Shown piece after piece: positions 49,814 through 58,125 of a stretch of DNA of 64,000 bases. The first letter of the stretch is position 1. Every line of letters begins with the position of its first letter. The stretch covers positions 178,833-242,832 of the forward strand of contig CAWJIL010000017.1 in the NCBI GenBank assembly GCA_963842925.1, written 5' to 3'. This DNA comes from an uncultured delta proteobacterium (GTDB lineage Bacteria; Desulfobacterota; Desulfobacteria; Desulfobacterales; B30-G6). The position numbers and the translations under genes were made by a program. The notes under the pieces are model-generated. The model ran no database searches, had not been told where the DNA came from, and saw only the letters and a program-made list of their open reading frames with translations.

Positions 49814-50045
49814 TTGCGACACGAAGTCGCGTATTTTGACTGTTCAGCGGAGGTATTTAGCCTTTGTCTGAACCCAGTGTCCCGTCGCTGCGATCCTATG
49901 GAAGCATGCGCCCAAGGTGCATCCTTGACGGGTATGAAGCCTTCCTGACAATGCGCCGAAGTTCACTTGTGTGAACGGTGTGGAAGCCGTGAGGTGGAAG
50001 CGCTCCTGGAAGCTCCATCCGGGTGAGGGGTTAGGATAGGATACT
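49814..50045 (+). mobile_element. 3'-truncated copy of the type C ORF-less group II intron (5' ~230 nt only)
   Basis: Near-identical by eye to the first ~190 nt of 27320..26823 (minus). It then diverges, and no domain V or VI is present. Confidence 0.7.
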
Positions 50046-50798
50046 GTCACAAAAAGCAATTGGGCATATTACGTTTTTTATCAGAAAGGAGATCCTGATA
50101 AAGCCTATGAGATTAGTAGAGAGGCGATTGCGTTAGCAGAGGAAAGTGGAGATATCTTTTCAAAAGCTTGGGCATATGTAGCTTATGGAGCCTCTTGCTT
50201 TGCTAAAGGCTTTTTAGATGAGGCCCTCGATTATAATTCAAAAGGTGCTGACTGTTGTGATAGGATCGATGCTCTGAATGCTAATTCCCTGGCACAACAA
50301 AATATGGCCCTGATTCATTTTGCAAAAGGAGAGTACAAGGAGTCCGAATACCGTTTCAGTCAATTAATCTCATTCATGGAACAATTTGGAGCATTACCTG
50401 AATGGATCAACGTTAGTCGTATTGGTTTAGTAATGTCCAGGATTATGAATAATGACAAAGATATAGATCTGGAATTATTAAGGGATTACGCTCATGGTAT
50501 AAAGGCAGAGGTTGGCAAAGCTCGGGCATTCAGATATATGGCACATATTATGTTGAACCTCGATAATGATTGCTTGACCGAAGCGGAATATTGGATCAGA
50601 AATGCTATTGAAACAGATAGAAAGAATTGTCTGATGTTCTATTTGGGGGAAGATTATGCGCTTTACGCCGATTTTTACAAACGTAAAGGCGATCAAATAA
50701 AAGCAAAAGAAAATCTGAACAAAGCAATAGGAATCTTCAAGAAATGCGGAGCTGATGGATGGGTTGAGAAATATGAGAAAGAACTGACCACGCCTTAA
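50046..50798 (+). pseudogene. 5'-truncated paralogue of the TPR C-terminal region of 44399..47764
   Basis: An in-frame reading from ~50046 parallels the last ~250 aa of the cyclase-ATPase-TPR protein (..YALYADFYKRKGDQIKAKENLNKAIGIFKKCGADGWVEKYEKEL versus ..HALYADWFKRKGDIKGAKEQLTKAVDIFRECGADRWVEKYEKQL). It abuts the intron fragment. Confidence 0.75.
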
Positions 50799-50923
50799 TA
50801 AATTCAAATAAATTTAAAAATCCATTTTCAACATCTTGTGGTTCTGCCAATTATGGCGAATTGCTGATACTGTTGTAGATCAAAGGTTTTTTCAGGATTG
50901 AAATATCTGTACTATCTCCAACA

Positions 50924-51030
50924 AAACGTTAGAGATCAGACTCTTAAAATATTACTGGTGTGCGAATATAATCACAACAGGCAAAATCTTGCATTTATAA
51001 GCCTTACCGTGATAGCCTGGTGATAACCAG
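50924..51030 (+). repeat. ~165-bp repeat, partial copy R14 (right arm missing)
   Basis: ATCTCCAACAAAACGTTAGAGATCAGACTCTTAAAATATTACTGGTGTGCGAATATAATCACAAC..CCGTGATAGCCTGGTGATAACCAGA. Lies ~70 nt before the ATG at 51100. Confidence 0.75.
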
Positions 51031-51099
51031 AGAGCAAGATGTTTTCAGCAAGGAATGTTGTGACATTCAAATGCCCTGTGAAACTCAGAGAGTGGATCA

Positions 51100-51795
51100 A
51101 TGTTTAATAATATTTCTGATCAAGCAAAAACGAAGGATTATAGCAAGTCTCTCCAGCAAGTTGAGAATGCAAGACTAATAACGATCTTAGCTCTTGCCAA
51201 ACTGGCTGAATATCGTGATGATGAAACCGGCTTTCACCTCGAACGAATCAGAGAGTACACAAAAATCATTGCCGAAGAGATGGCAACTATGCCAAAGTAT
51301 GTTGGCTATATCACACCTGATTATATCGAGGATTTATTTCAGTCATCCATTTTACACGATATTGGAAAAGTTGGTATTCCAGACGCTATTTTACTAAAGC
51401 CCGGTAAGCTCACACCTGAAGAATTTGAAAAAATAAAAGAACATTCTATGCTTGGTGGGGATGTTCTTACTGATATTGAAGCCCAGATCAATACTCGGAC
51501 ATTTCTGACCCTTGGTAAAGAAATAGCGTACTATCATCATGAAAAATGGAATGGAAAAGGATACCCGAAAGGACTTAAGGGAGATGACATACCGCTTTCA
51601 GCCAGGATAGTTTCTTTAGCAGATGTGTATGACGCACTTACCTCCAAAAGAATCTATAAGGAAGCGATGCCGCATAACAAAGCAAAAGAGATAATCGTCC
51701 TTGAAAAAAAGCGTAGCTTTGATGCTGATGTAGTGGATTCCTTCTTGGCTCGTGAATCTGATTTCAGAGATCTTCTAAATGTTGGCAGAAGATAA
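51100..51795 (+). CDS. HD-GYP domain protein (c-di-GMP phosphodiesterase type)
   Basis: HDIGKVGIPD, HHEKWNGKGYPKGL, ADVYDALTSKRIYK. Confidence 0.9.
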   Translation: MFNNISDQAKTKDYSKSLQQVENARLITILALAKLAEYRDDETGFHLERIREYTKIIAEEMATMPKYVGYITPDYIEDLFQSSILHDIGKVGIPDAILLKPGKLTPEEFEKIKEHSMLGGDVLTDIEAQINTRTFLTLGKEIAYYHHEKWNGKGYPKGLKGDDIPLSARIVSLADVYDALTSKRIYKEAMPHNKAKEIIVLEKKRSFDADVVDSFLARESDFRDLLNVGRR

Positions 51796-51848
51796 TACTA
51801 TCGCTATAGGATCTCAGTTTTTTTAAATCTTCGATACCACTAAAAAAA

Positions 51849-53414
51849 ATGATTGATACAATAAAACAATTCTTTTGGAATATCGTCTCTAGCAATCTAC
51901 CGACTGATTATGATCTTGAGGCCCTTCGGAAAATATTCTTACTGAACATGTTAGCGATCCTTGGTATCTTTTTTTTGGCGCTTTTAGGGACAATAACCAT
52001 AATTCAGATGGATTATTTTTTGGGTGCAGTAGATTTTACAATCCTTGGGTTTATAATTGTCCTGTTTTTGTACCTGAGAAAGACAAAAAAAAATGAATTG
52101 GTCGGGGTGCTCGGCACAATAACGGTAGGTATTTTTTATTTCTATCTCGTCGCCTACGGCGGCATCAGTAACACAGCTTACGTTTGGGCTTTCACATACC
52201 CCTTAATATCGCTTTTTTTGCTTGGAACAAAACTGGGCTCATTAACGTCATTGTTATTATTAGGCATGATTTGTATTGTTTTCATGTTTGGGACGAAAGT
52301 TGCCTTTTTTACGACCTATAGCACCGATCTTTCAATCCGATATATATCAGCCTATATCATAATACATCTGTTTTCCTACATAATGGAAAAAGTTCGTTCC
52401 ATCGTCCAAAACCGTCTCGAGACTGCAAATATTAAAATTAAAAAAACCCTTAAAAAAGTTCAGGTTAAATCTATCCAACTTGCTGAATCCAATGAGGGCT
52501 TGCAGATAGAGATTTCCGAGCGTAGGAAGGTTGAGAAAGCCTTGAAGGAGAGCGAAAAACGATTTCGCTCATTGTTCGAAGAATCCAAGGACGCAATTGT
52601 CAATACTGATAAGAAAGGTAACTTGCTTCTGGTCAATCCGGCAGGCATGGCGCTGTTTGGGCTGACAAATGCTGAATTAGCGTCTATCAATTTCCAGGAG
52701 CTGTACGTAGATCCTGAAATGGTCCGAAGATTTACAACTGCCATACGCGAAAAGGGTCATATTCGCGATTTCGGCGTTCAGTTGCGTGGAAAAGACGAAA
52801 AAATCATGGACTGTTTGATGACAGTCATCACCAAGCAATCGGACGATAGTGCTTTGATGGGGTATGAAGGAATTATTCGGGATGTAACACCATACAAAAA
52901 AATGGAGGAAGAACTCCGACGATTGGCCACTATCGATTCTCTCACCGGCATCAACAATCGGCGTAACTTTTTGGATCTGGCACAAAGGGAAATTAGCCGT
53001 TCCAGCCGATATGACCGTCCTTTTTCTATGGTTATGCTTGACATAGACTACTTTAAAAAGGTCAACGACACTTACGGTCACTCTGTCGGGGATAAAGTGC
53101 TGATTGAATTCTGCGCAGTCTGCCTGAAACAACTTCGTGAGAACGATATCATGGGCCGATTGGGAGGTGAGGAGTTTGCCATTGCCTTGGTGGAATGTGA
53201 TCCAGAAATGGCGGCGATCTTTGCCGAGCGCATCAGGCAGGCCGTGGCTTCGCACGCGGTGCCCATCGGCAGTGAGGAAATACGCTTCACAGTTAGCCTG
53301 GGAGTGACCAGTATGCGGCAGGGGTGCGATCTGGATTCAATTCTTGAACGCGCTGACAACGCTTTGTACAGGGCCAAGGAAAATGGGAGGAATCAGGTAC
53401 AATCCATTGAATAA
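51849..53414 (+). CDS. Membrane sensor diguanylate cyclase (multi-TM + PAS + GGDEF)
   Basis: About 6 N-terminal TM segments. PAS-like region (SEKRFRSLFEESKDAIVNTD..). GGDEF domain with GGEEF active site and RxxD-like upstream site. Confidence 0.9.
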   Translation: MIDTIKQFFWNIVSSNLPTDYDLEALRKIFLLNMLAILGIFFLALLGTITIIQMDYFLGAVDFTILGFIIVLFLYLRKTKKNELVGVLGTITVGIFYFYLVAYGGISNTAYVWAFTYPLISLFLLGTKLGSLTSLLLLGMICIVFMFGTKVAFFTTYSTDLSIRYISAYIIIHLFSYIMEKVRSIVQNRLETANIKIKKTLKKVQVKSIQLAESNEGLQIEISERRKVEKALKESEKRFRSLFEESKDAIVNTDKKGNLLLVNPAGMALFGLTNAELASINFQELYVDPEMVRRFTTAIREKGHIRDFGVQLRGKDEKIMDCLMTVITKQSDDSALMGYEGIIRDVTPYKKMEEELRRLATIDSLTGINNRRNFLDLAQREISRSSRYDRPFSMVMLDIDYFKKVNDTYGHSVGDKVLIEFCAVCLKQLRENDIMGRLGGEEFAIALVECDPEMAAIFAERIRQAVASHAVPIGSEEIRFTVSLGVTSMRQGCDLDSILERADNALYRAKENGRNQVQSIE

Positions 53415-53467
53415 TATTATATACGTTCCTGTTTGATAGTAATCATAAAAAAACTCTATCTCCTATT

Positions 53468-53510
53468 CCATGCTACCGTGGACATTACCATATGGTATCG
53501 GTAATATTGT
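53468..53510 (+). repeat. ~165-bp repeat, partial copy R15 (centre variant 2 + start of right arm)
   Basis: CCATGCTACCGTGGACATTACCATATGGTATCGGTAATATTG is almost identical to the same part of R12. Lies ~40 nt before the ATG at 53550. Confidence 0.7.
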
Positions 53511-53549
53511 CTTAAATTCTAATATTCTCGTAAGAGCGAGAGATTAATA

Positions 53550-53969
53550 ATGGCTATAAAAAAAACATACTATGAAGATGGTGGAATTGAATACGACATC
53601 TCAGGCGTATTCACAGATAACGTTCTATCTGAATTAAATAAGGAGCTTTACCAGGATGAGGAACAAATAAAGCAGATCTCCTACCAGATATTGAATGTTT
53701 CAAACATAGAGGGGATCGAAATCACGGATGAACAGATCTTACGAAACGCTGAAGAAGATAAGAGGGCATTTAGCATTAATCCTAAAATGCGGATCGCTAT
53801 TTTGGTCAACTCAGATTTAGCATTCGGGCTTAGCAGGGTATGGGAGGCGAATGCATACAATATGTTTGCCCAAAATGACAATTGCGGCGTCTTTCGAAAC
53901 AGAAATGAGCTTATTGATTGGATCAAATCTGAAGGGAACTCTTTCTGCATCCATTTATCAAACGCATAA
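53550..53969 (+). CDS. Hypothetical small-domain protein (paralogue of the 38175..38562 pseudogene)
   Basis: 139-aa ORF. The last ~10 codons read through the antisense RT remnant and are probably not native. Confidence 0.6.
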   Translation: MAIKKTYYEDGGIEYDISGVFTDNVLSELNKELYQDEEQIKQISYQILNVSNIEGIEITDEQILRNAEEDKRAFSINPKMRIAILVNSDLAFGLSRVWEANAYNMFAQNDNCGVFRNRNELIDWIKSEGNSFCIHLSNA

Positions 53970-54001
53970 TGAAGAAAAAGATTGGCCAGCAGCGGGCTAA
54001 T
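53933..54001 (-). pseudogene. Reverse-transcriptase remnant, distal piece
   Basis: Minus-strand translation (I)SPLLANLFLHYAFDKWMQKEFP is the RT motif 4 region. RT similarity stops at ~53933. Confidence 0.7.
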
Positions 54002-55637
54002 GACTCCTTGAACGCAAAAGATAACTTGGAATATTTGTCCCGATATTTGATTTTTCTGTTATGGTTGAGTTCGGCAAAGGGATCGAATGTTTGATTGTAA
54101 CGGTTTTATCATCAATCAAAATCTCTTTCACAATTAGACGCAGAACCTTTTGTCTCTCTTCCACTCTCAGCGTATCTGCCGCACTTTTCAGTTGATCCAA
54201 AAAAGACTCGATATCAGTTGCTAATCGAAAGACGGCTTTTTGGTCCGACAATGCACATTCTATACTTGCCAACTCCGATTGCAATGCTTTCTGCCGTTTC
54301 CTTAGCTGGGGCATTCTGTCACGAATCTCTTCAATTTTTATAAGATCTTCTTGGTACGCATCCAATAGCCGTTGAATGCTGTTTCCTAATCGCAACAACT
54401 CTTTTTCTATTGATTCTTTTCTTCGCTTAGTTGGATTGGAAGATTGTATTTCTTCAACTCGACGATTGATCTCAGCTTTCACTAAATCGGGGTTGCTCAA
54501 TAGTTCAACAACTTTTTGCCAAATAATTCCATCCAGGTGGTCTTGGCGGATTGGCCGGTTCTGACATACTCGTCCTTTGGGAAAGCGGTAGTTGTCTGAA
54601 CCCAAGCAACGGTAATAATACAGTTTTCGTTTGGATGTACGCGTCGAAGTTCGGTAATATGCATAGCCACAGCTTTTACACACAATCATTCCTTGTGACA
54701 AGGTCGGTTCAATGGTACGTCGAAGGGAATGCTTCTTGTTGTGTTGCAAGCGTTCCTGAGCAAGTTGGAAAATAGCTTTACCGATAATTGCAGGCACGGG
54801 GATCTCGATCCAGTCCTCTCTTGGGCACTCCTGATTGGCACTGCAGCGAGGTGAAAATCCTCCTCGCTGACGCAAAGGTCTGGTTATTTTATTTCTTTCT
54901 ACCGATCTTGTTTTTCCAAAACAAGCTGTTCCCTGGTATGCTGGATTACGCAACATTGCCCATATAGTTGATCTTTCCCACAATGATATTCTCTTGCGTG
55001 TGGGTATCTGGTGATCATTTAGCCACCGTGCGATAGCATTAATGCTGAGTCCGTCTTCTACATACAATCTGTAAACAGTCCTAACAATCTCAGCTTCTTC
55101 TACGATAACCTTATAGAATGCCGATGAAGTATCAGTTTTTTTAATATACTGATACCCGTAGGGCGCACCACAAAGCACATTGATCAGTCCTGATTTGGCC
55201 TTGTATCTTTTTCCACGCCTTGTCCGCTCAGCAATCTGGGCACGCTCATATTCAGCAATCATACCCTGAAATTGTAATAGTAAATGATCTTCAGGCGTTT
55301 CCGCCCGGGGTGATTTGATAAAGACTACTTCGGCTCCATTACGGGAAAATTCTTCACTCAACAAAACTTGATACGCATATTTACGACTCAACCGATCTGG
55401 TGCGTGTATAAGTATTTTTTCGATTTGTCCTTCACAAACCAGATCTCGCAGACGCTCCAAACCAGGACGTACCAATGTGGCACCACTATATCCCTCATCC
55501 CGAAAAACCCACTGATCTGGAACAGTGAACCCTTCGCTGTTTGCCCGTTCAGTTAAGACCGAAAGTTGGCTACCGATGGTATGCTCTTCTTTTTGATGCT
55601 CCGAGGAAACTCTCGCATAAATTGCTGCCATCGTCAT
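53997..55637 (-). CDS. Large serine recombinase
   Basis: N-terminal resolvase catalytic domain (AAIYARVSSEHQ.., catalytic Ser region). Recombinase and zinc-ribbon regions (CKSCGYAYY..YYYRC). C-terminal coiled coil. 546 aa. The last codons lie inside the left inverted repeat. Confidence 0.9.
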   Translation of the reverse strand: MTMAAIYARVSSEHQKEEHTIGSQLSVLTERANSEGFTVPDQWVFRDEGYSGATLVRPGLERLRDLVCEGQIEKILIHAPDRLSRKYAYQVLLSEEFSRNGAEVVFIKSPRAETPEDHLLLQFQGMIAEYERAQIAERTRRGKRYKAKSGLINVLCGAPYGYQYIKKTDTSSAFYKVIVEEAEIVRTVYRLYVEDGLSINAIARWLNDHQIPTRKRISLWERSTIWAMLRNPAYQGTACFGKTRSVERNKITRPLRQRGGFSPRCSANQECPREDWIEIPVPAIIGKAIFQLAQERLQHNKKHSLRRTIEPTLSQGMIVCKSCGYAYYRTSTRTSKRKLYYYRCLGSDNYRFPKGRVCQNRPIRQDHLDGIIWQKVVELLSNPDLVKAEINRRVEEIQSSNPTKRRKESIEKELLRLGNSIQRLLDAYQEDLIKIEEIRDRMPQLRKRQKALQSELASIECALSDQKAVFRLATDIESFLDQLKSAADTLRVEERQKVLRLIVKEILIDDKTVTIKHSIPLPNSTITEKSNIGTNIPSYLLRSRSH

Positions 55638-56218
55638 TGGCGATACCTCTGTCCGGCGTTTGTATCATTCGCCCCACCGTCCATGATTTATTTGGTACTA
55701 AAAGTCTATATGCCAAAGCAATCTTTTTGGCTGATAAACGATCAAAACAAAAATCCAACTCAATTTGTTTTTGAGATCTTTTAGCCACGCCTCCGGCCTC
55801 TGTAGAGAAATTTTTCTAAGGCCTTGGTAACGATTTCGCCTAAATTCTGTCCTGATACTTTTGCATGGTCTCGTATTGCTTGAATCAGATTCGGAGATAA
55901 CTTGACGGTAAAGGCTATCTTGGGTTCGGGAATTGGAATGCTGGTTCCTACCCTTTGGGCTTCTTGAATATACCGGTATGCCTGTCGCCTGGAAATCTCG
56001 TATAGATCTGTCATCACGACAACCGCTTCGGCAACAGTGTCGTGGTTCTTTATCAGGGAAAGGGCTGCATTGATCCGCATCGCTCGTTCTGTGTTTGAGG
56101 ATTTGACCATGTGTCGTATTTATATAACCGTATATGACATTTGTCAACATTTTTTATTGCCCCTATAATTGTTGATCTCACGGTTAAACTCGAAGTTGCC
56201 TTTTGCGTTCAAGGAGTC
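54002..56218 (-). mobile_element. 2.2-kb integrative element: large serine recombinase + small DNA-binding protein, bounded by 19-bp perfect inverted repeats
   Basis: GACTCCTTGAACGCAAAAG at 54002-54020 and its exact reverse complement at 56200-56218 (weaker match extends ~7 nt inward). Flanks share CTAA. The element interrupts an RT reading frame. Confidence 0.8.
55781..56110 (-). CDS. Small putative DNA-binding protein (HTH + RHH-like); candidate regulator or directionality factor
   Basis: 109 aa. ..YEISRRQAYRYIQEA (HTH-like) and ..FTVKLSPNLIQAIRDHAKVSGQNLGEIVTKALEKFL (CopG/RHH-like). Function is inferred. Confidence 0.55.
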   Translation of the reverse strand: MVKSSNTERAMRINAALSLIKNHDTVAEAVVVMTDLYEISRRQAYRYIQEAQRVGTSIPIPEPKIAFTVKLSPNLIQAIRDHAKVSGQNLGEIVTKALEKFLYRGRRRG

Positions 56219-56352
56219 CTAACTCCTCCCTGCGGCGTTCCTTTATCCCGTTCTACCAAGCAACCATCAGGTAACTGAACCGGTGCTGTTAACCACCGTT
56301 GAACGTAGAGTAGTACCCATTTGCAATCGATATGCTTCTTCACCGCCTGCTC
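56219..56352 (-). pseudogene. Reverse-transcriptase remnant, proximal piece
   Basis: Minus-strand translation EQAVKKHIDCKWVLLYVQRWLTAPVQLPDGCLVERDKGTPQGGV ends exactly at the element boundary. It is preceded by an in-frame TAA, so the N-terminal part of the RT is absent. Confidence 0.7.
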
Positions 56353-56374
56353 TTATGTTGTCTTTTAATACAAT

Positions 56375-57685
56375 TTAAGCCAGATTCTGCTGGATTTGAA
56401 CGTTACCGCATTTCCGAATGGGTTTTAGTAACAGAATGAAACCTAATCCCAGGAGTGCAATAAAAGTGCTGAGCCAGAAAGCAGGACTGTAGCTACCGGT
56501 GACATCGAAGATATGTCCCGCCAAAATAGGACCGACAGATCCACCAAAACACCCACTAAAAACAATAGCGCCAAAAAGAACACCATGGGCACTGATACCG
56601 AAGTATTCAGCCACAATAGGTGAAATAGCGGTAAAGAATCCGCCATGAGCGATACCGTAGCAGGCTGCGAACAGATAAATCATCCAGAGCTCATCAGCAA
56701 TCTGCAACCACAAGAGCGTGGAAATTAGCAGCACAAAGCAAAATATCATGGCCAACCGACTGTTAAACCGATCTATAAAAAGACCTGTAGCAAATCGCCC
56801 AAACATGCTAACACCACCGATGGTGGAGAGCACCCCTGCTGCTTTAGTTGCTGATACGCCTAAATCTCTGGTAAAGGGAACAATGTGCACCAGGACGATC
56901 AAAAAGCAATAAACCACTGTGAAATTAACAATAAATAATAACCAGAACTGATGGGTGCGTATGGCCTGGCCAAAAGAAAGATCTATGCCCTTAAACACCT
57001 TAGGATCGATTTTTGAACTTGTTTTTTCTTTGGGGGGTCGTCTCATCTCTTCAGGATCCCGGCGAAGAAGTCGGCTGATCAGTATCAGCAATATCATCCC
57101 GGAAATGCCGATGACCACAAAAGAGGTTCGCCAGCCAAAACCGGTGATAAGCAGACTGGCTGTTAGGGGTATAACTAGTTGCCCTGCGCCGGTTCCCACT
57201 TTGACCAGTCCGGTGACAATTCCTCTTCTTTTTACAAACCAGCGAGCCGTGGTGGATAATGCTATTACATCAATGGAACTCATACCGATCCCAACTAAAA
57301 CGCCATAAAACAGATATAATTGCCAGATGGATTGGGTTTTGGAAGTCAGAAAAAAACCTAACCCGATAAAACAGCTGGTGACAAGCATCACCTTTCTGGG
57401 GCCTATTTTGTCGTTCAACCGTCCAACAAAAATTCCTAAAAGCCCCATAAGAAAGAACCCTAGAGAGGAGGCTCCCGAAATAGCGGCACGGGACCAGCCG
57501 AATTCTTCGATCAGGGGATTAATAGATACACCATAGCTGACGAAAAGACCGACACCTACAGCCTGAGTTCCAAAACAGGCTGCAGCGATTATATATTTGT
57601 AGGAAATATTGGTAGGTTGCATTTGATTTCCATTAGAAGCTCCAACCCGTTTTTTACATTTAGAACGTTCTTTCTGACCGATCAC
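56375..57685 (-). CDS. MFS transporter (oxalate/formate antiporter-like)
   Basis: 12-TM protein. The true start may be the ATG at 57622 (MQPTNISYKYII..). Confidence 0.8.
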   Translation of the reverse strand: MIGQKERSKCKKRVGASNGNQMQPTNISYKYIIAAACFGTQAVGVGLFVSYGVSINPLIEEFGWSRAAISGASSLGFFLMGLLGIFVGRLNDKIGPRKVMLVTSCFIGLGFFLTSKTQSIWQLYLFYGVLVGIGMSSIDVIALSTTARWFVKRRGIVTGLVKVGTGAGQLVIPLTASLLITGFGWRTSFVVIGISGMILLILISRLLRRDPEEMRRPPKEKTSSKIDPKVFKGIDLSFGQAIRTHQFWLLFIVNFTVVYCFLIVLVHIVPFTRDLGVSATKAAGVLSTIGGVSMFGRFATGLFIDRFNSRLAMIFCFVLLISTLLWLQIADELWMIYLFAACYGIAHGGFFTAISPIVAEYFGISAHGVLFGAIVFSGCFGGSVGPILAGHIFDVTGSYSPAFWLSTFIALLGLGFILLLKPIRKCGNVQIQQNLA

Positions 57686-58091
57686 CTATGTTTCATGATT
57701 TGGCTTTCCATTCAACAAGTTTATAGCCTGCCAACTTTAACCGGTACGCCGAAAAAAACAGCATTGGCATTTGCATTCTGTTACATAATAGTATCAGGAA
57801 GACCATATGATTATACATCAGAGAGAAATTGGTTAGGGGAAAATTACCCGGTGTTCTTCGAGGCGCTTGTCAAGGCCAAAGCATATCTGGAAAAAAATAT
57901 CCTGAAATTTCCTTGGAGCTTATGTACAATTTAAGTTGGTGCGCATACCTTTTTTAACTGTTGCCACCCATATGGACGTTGATAGTGTCACCGTCTATGA
58001 CACCGATTACCTTGCCATCCCATGTGAATAGAATGGCTGGAAAGATCAGCATAAAAACAAAATCCGACAATAAGGCTCTCAAGTGATGGAT

Positions 58092-58125
58092 CCACGCGGG
58101 GACTGCGCACGCTTTTGCGGTTCAT
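58092..58125 (+). repeat. ~33-nt direct repeat, copy 1
   Basis: CCACGCGGGGACTGCGCACGCTTTTGCGGTTCAT. Compare 59461-59492. Confidence 0.7.

Noticed and set aside
19744-53510. The ~165-bp repeats as canonical integron attC sites (a CALIN or sedentary integron)
   Set aside because: The architecture is cassette-like. However, I cannot find the paired R''/R' cores (RYYYAAC...GTTRRRY) at opposite ends: only the left end resembles one (CTCCAAC/GTTGGAG). The ends are direct rather than inverted repeats of CTCCA. Units often contain several genes. No IntI-type integrase or attI is visible. I kept this only as one hypothesis to test with IntegronFinder.
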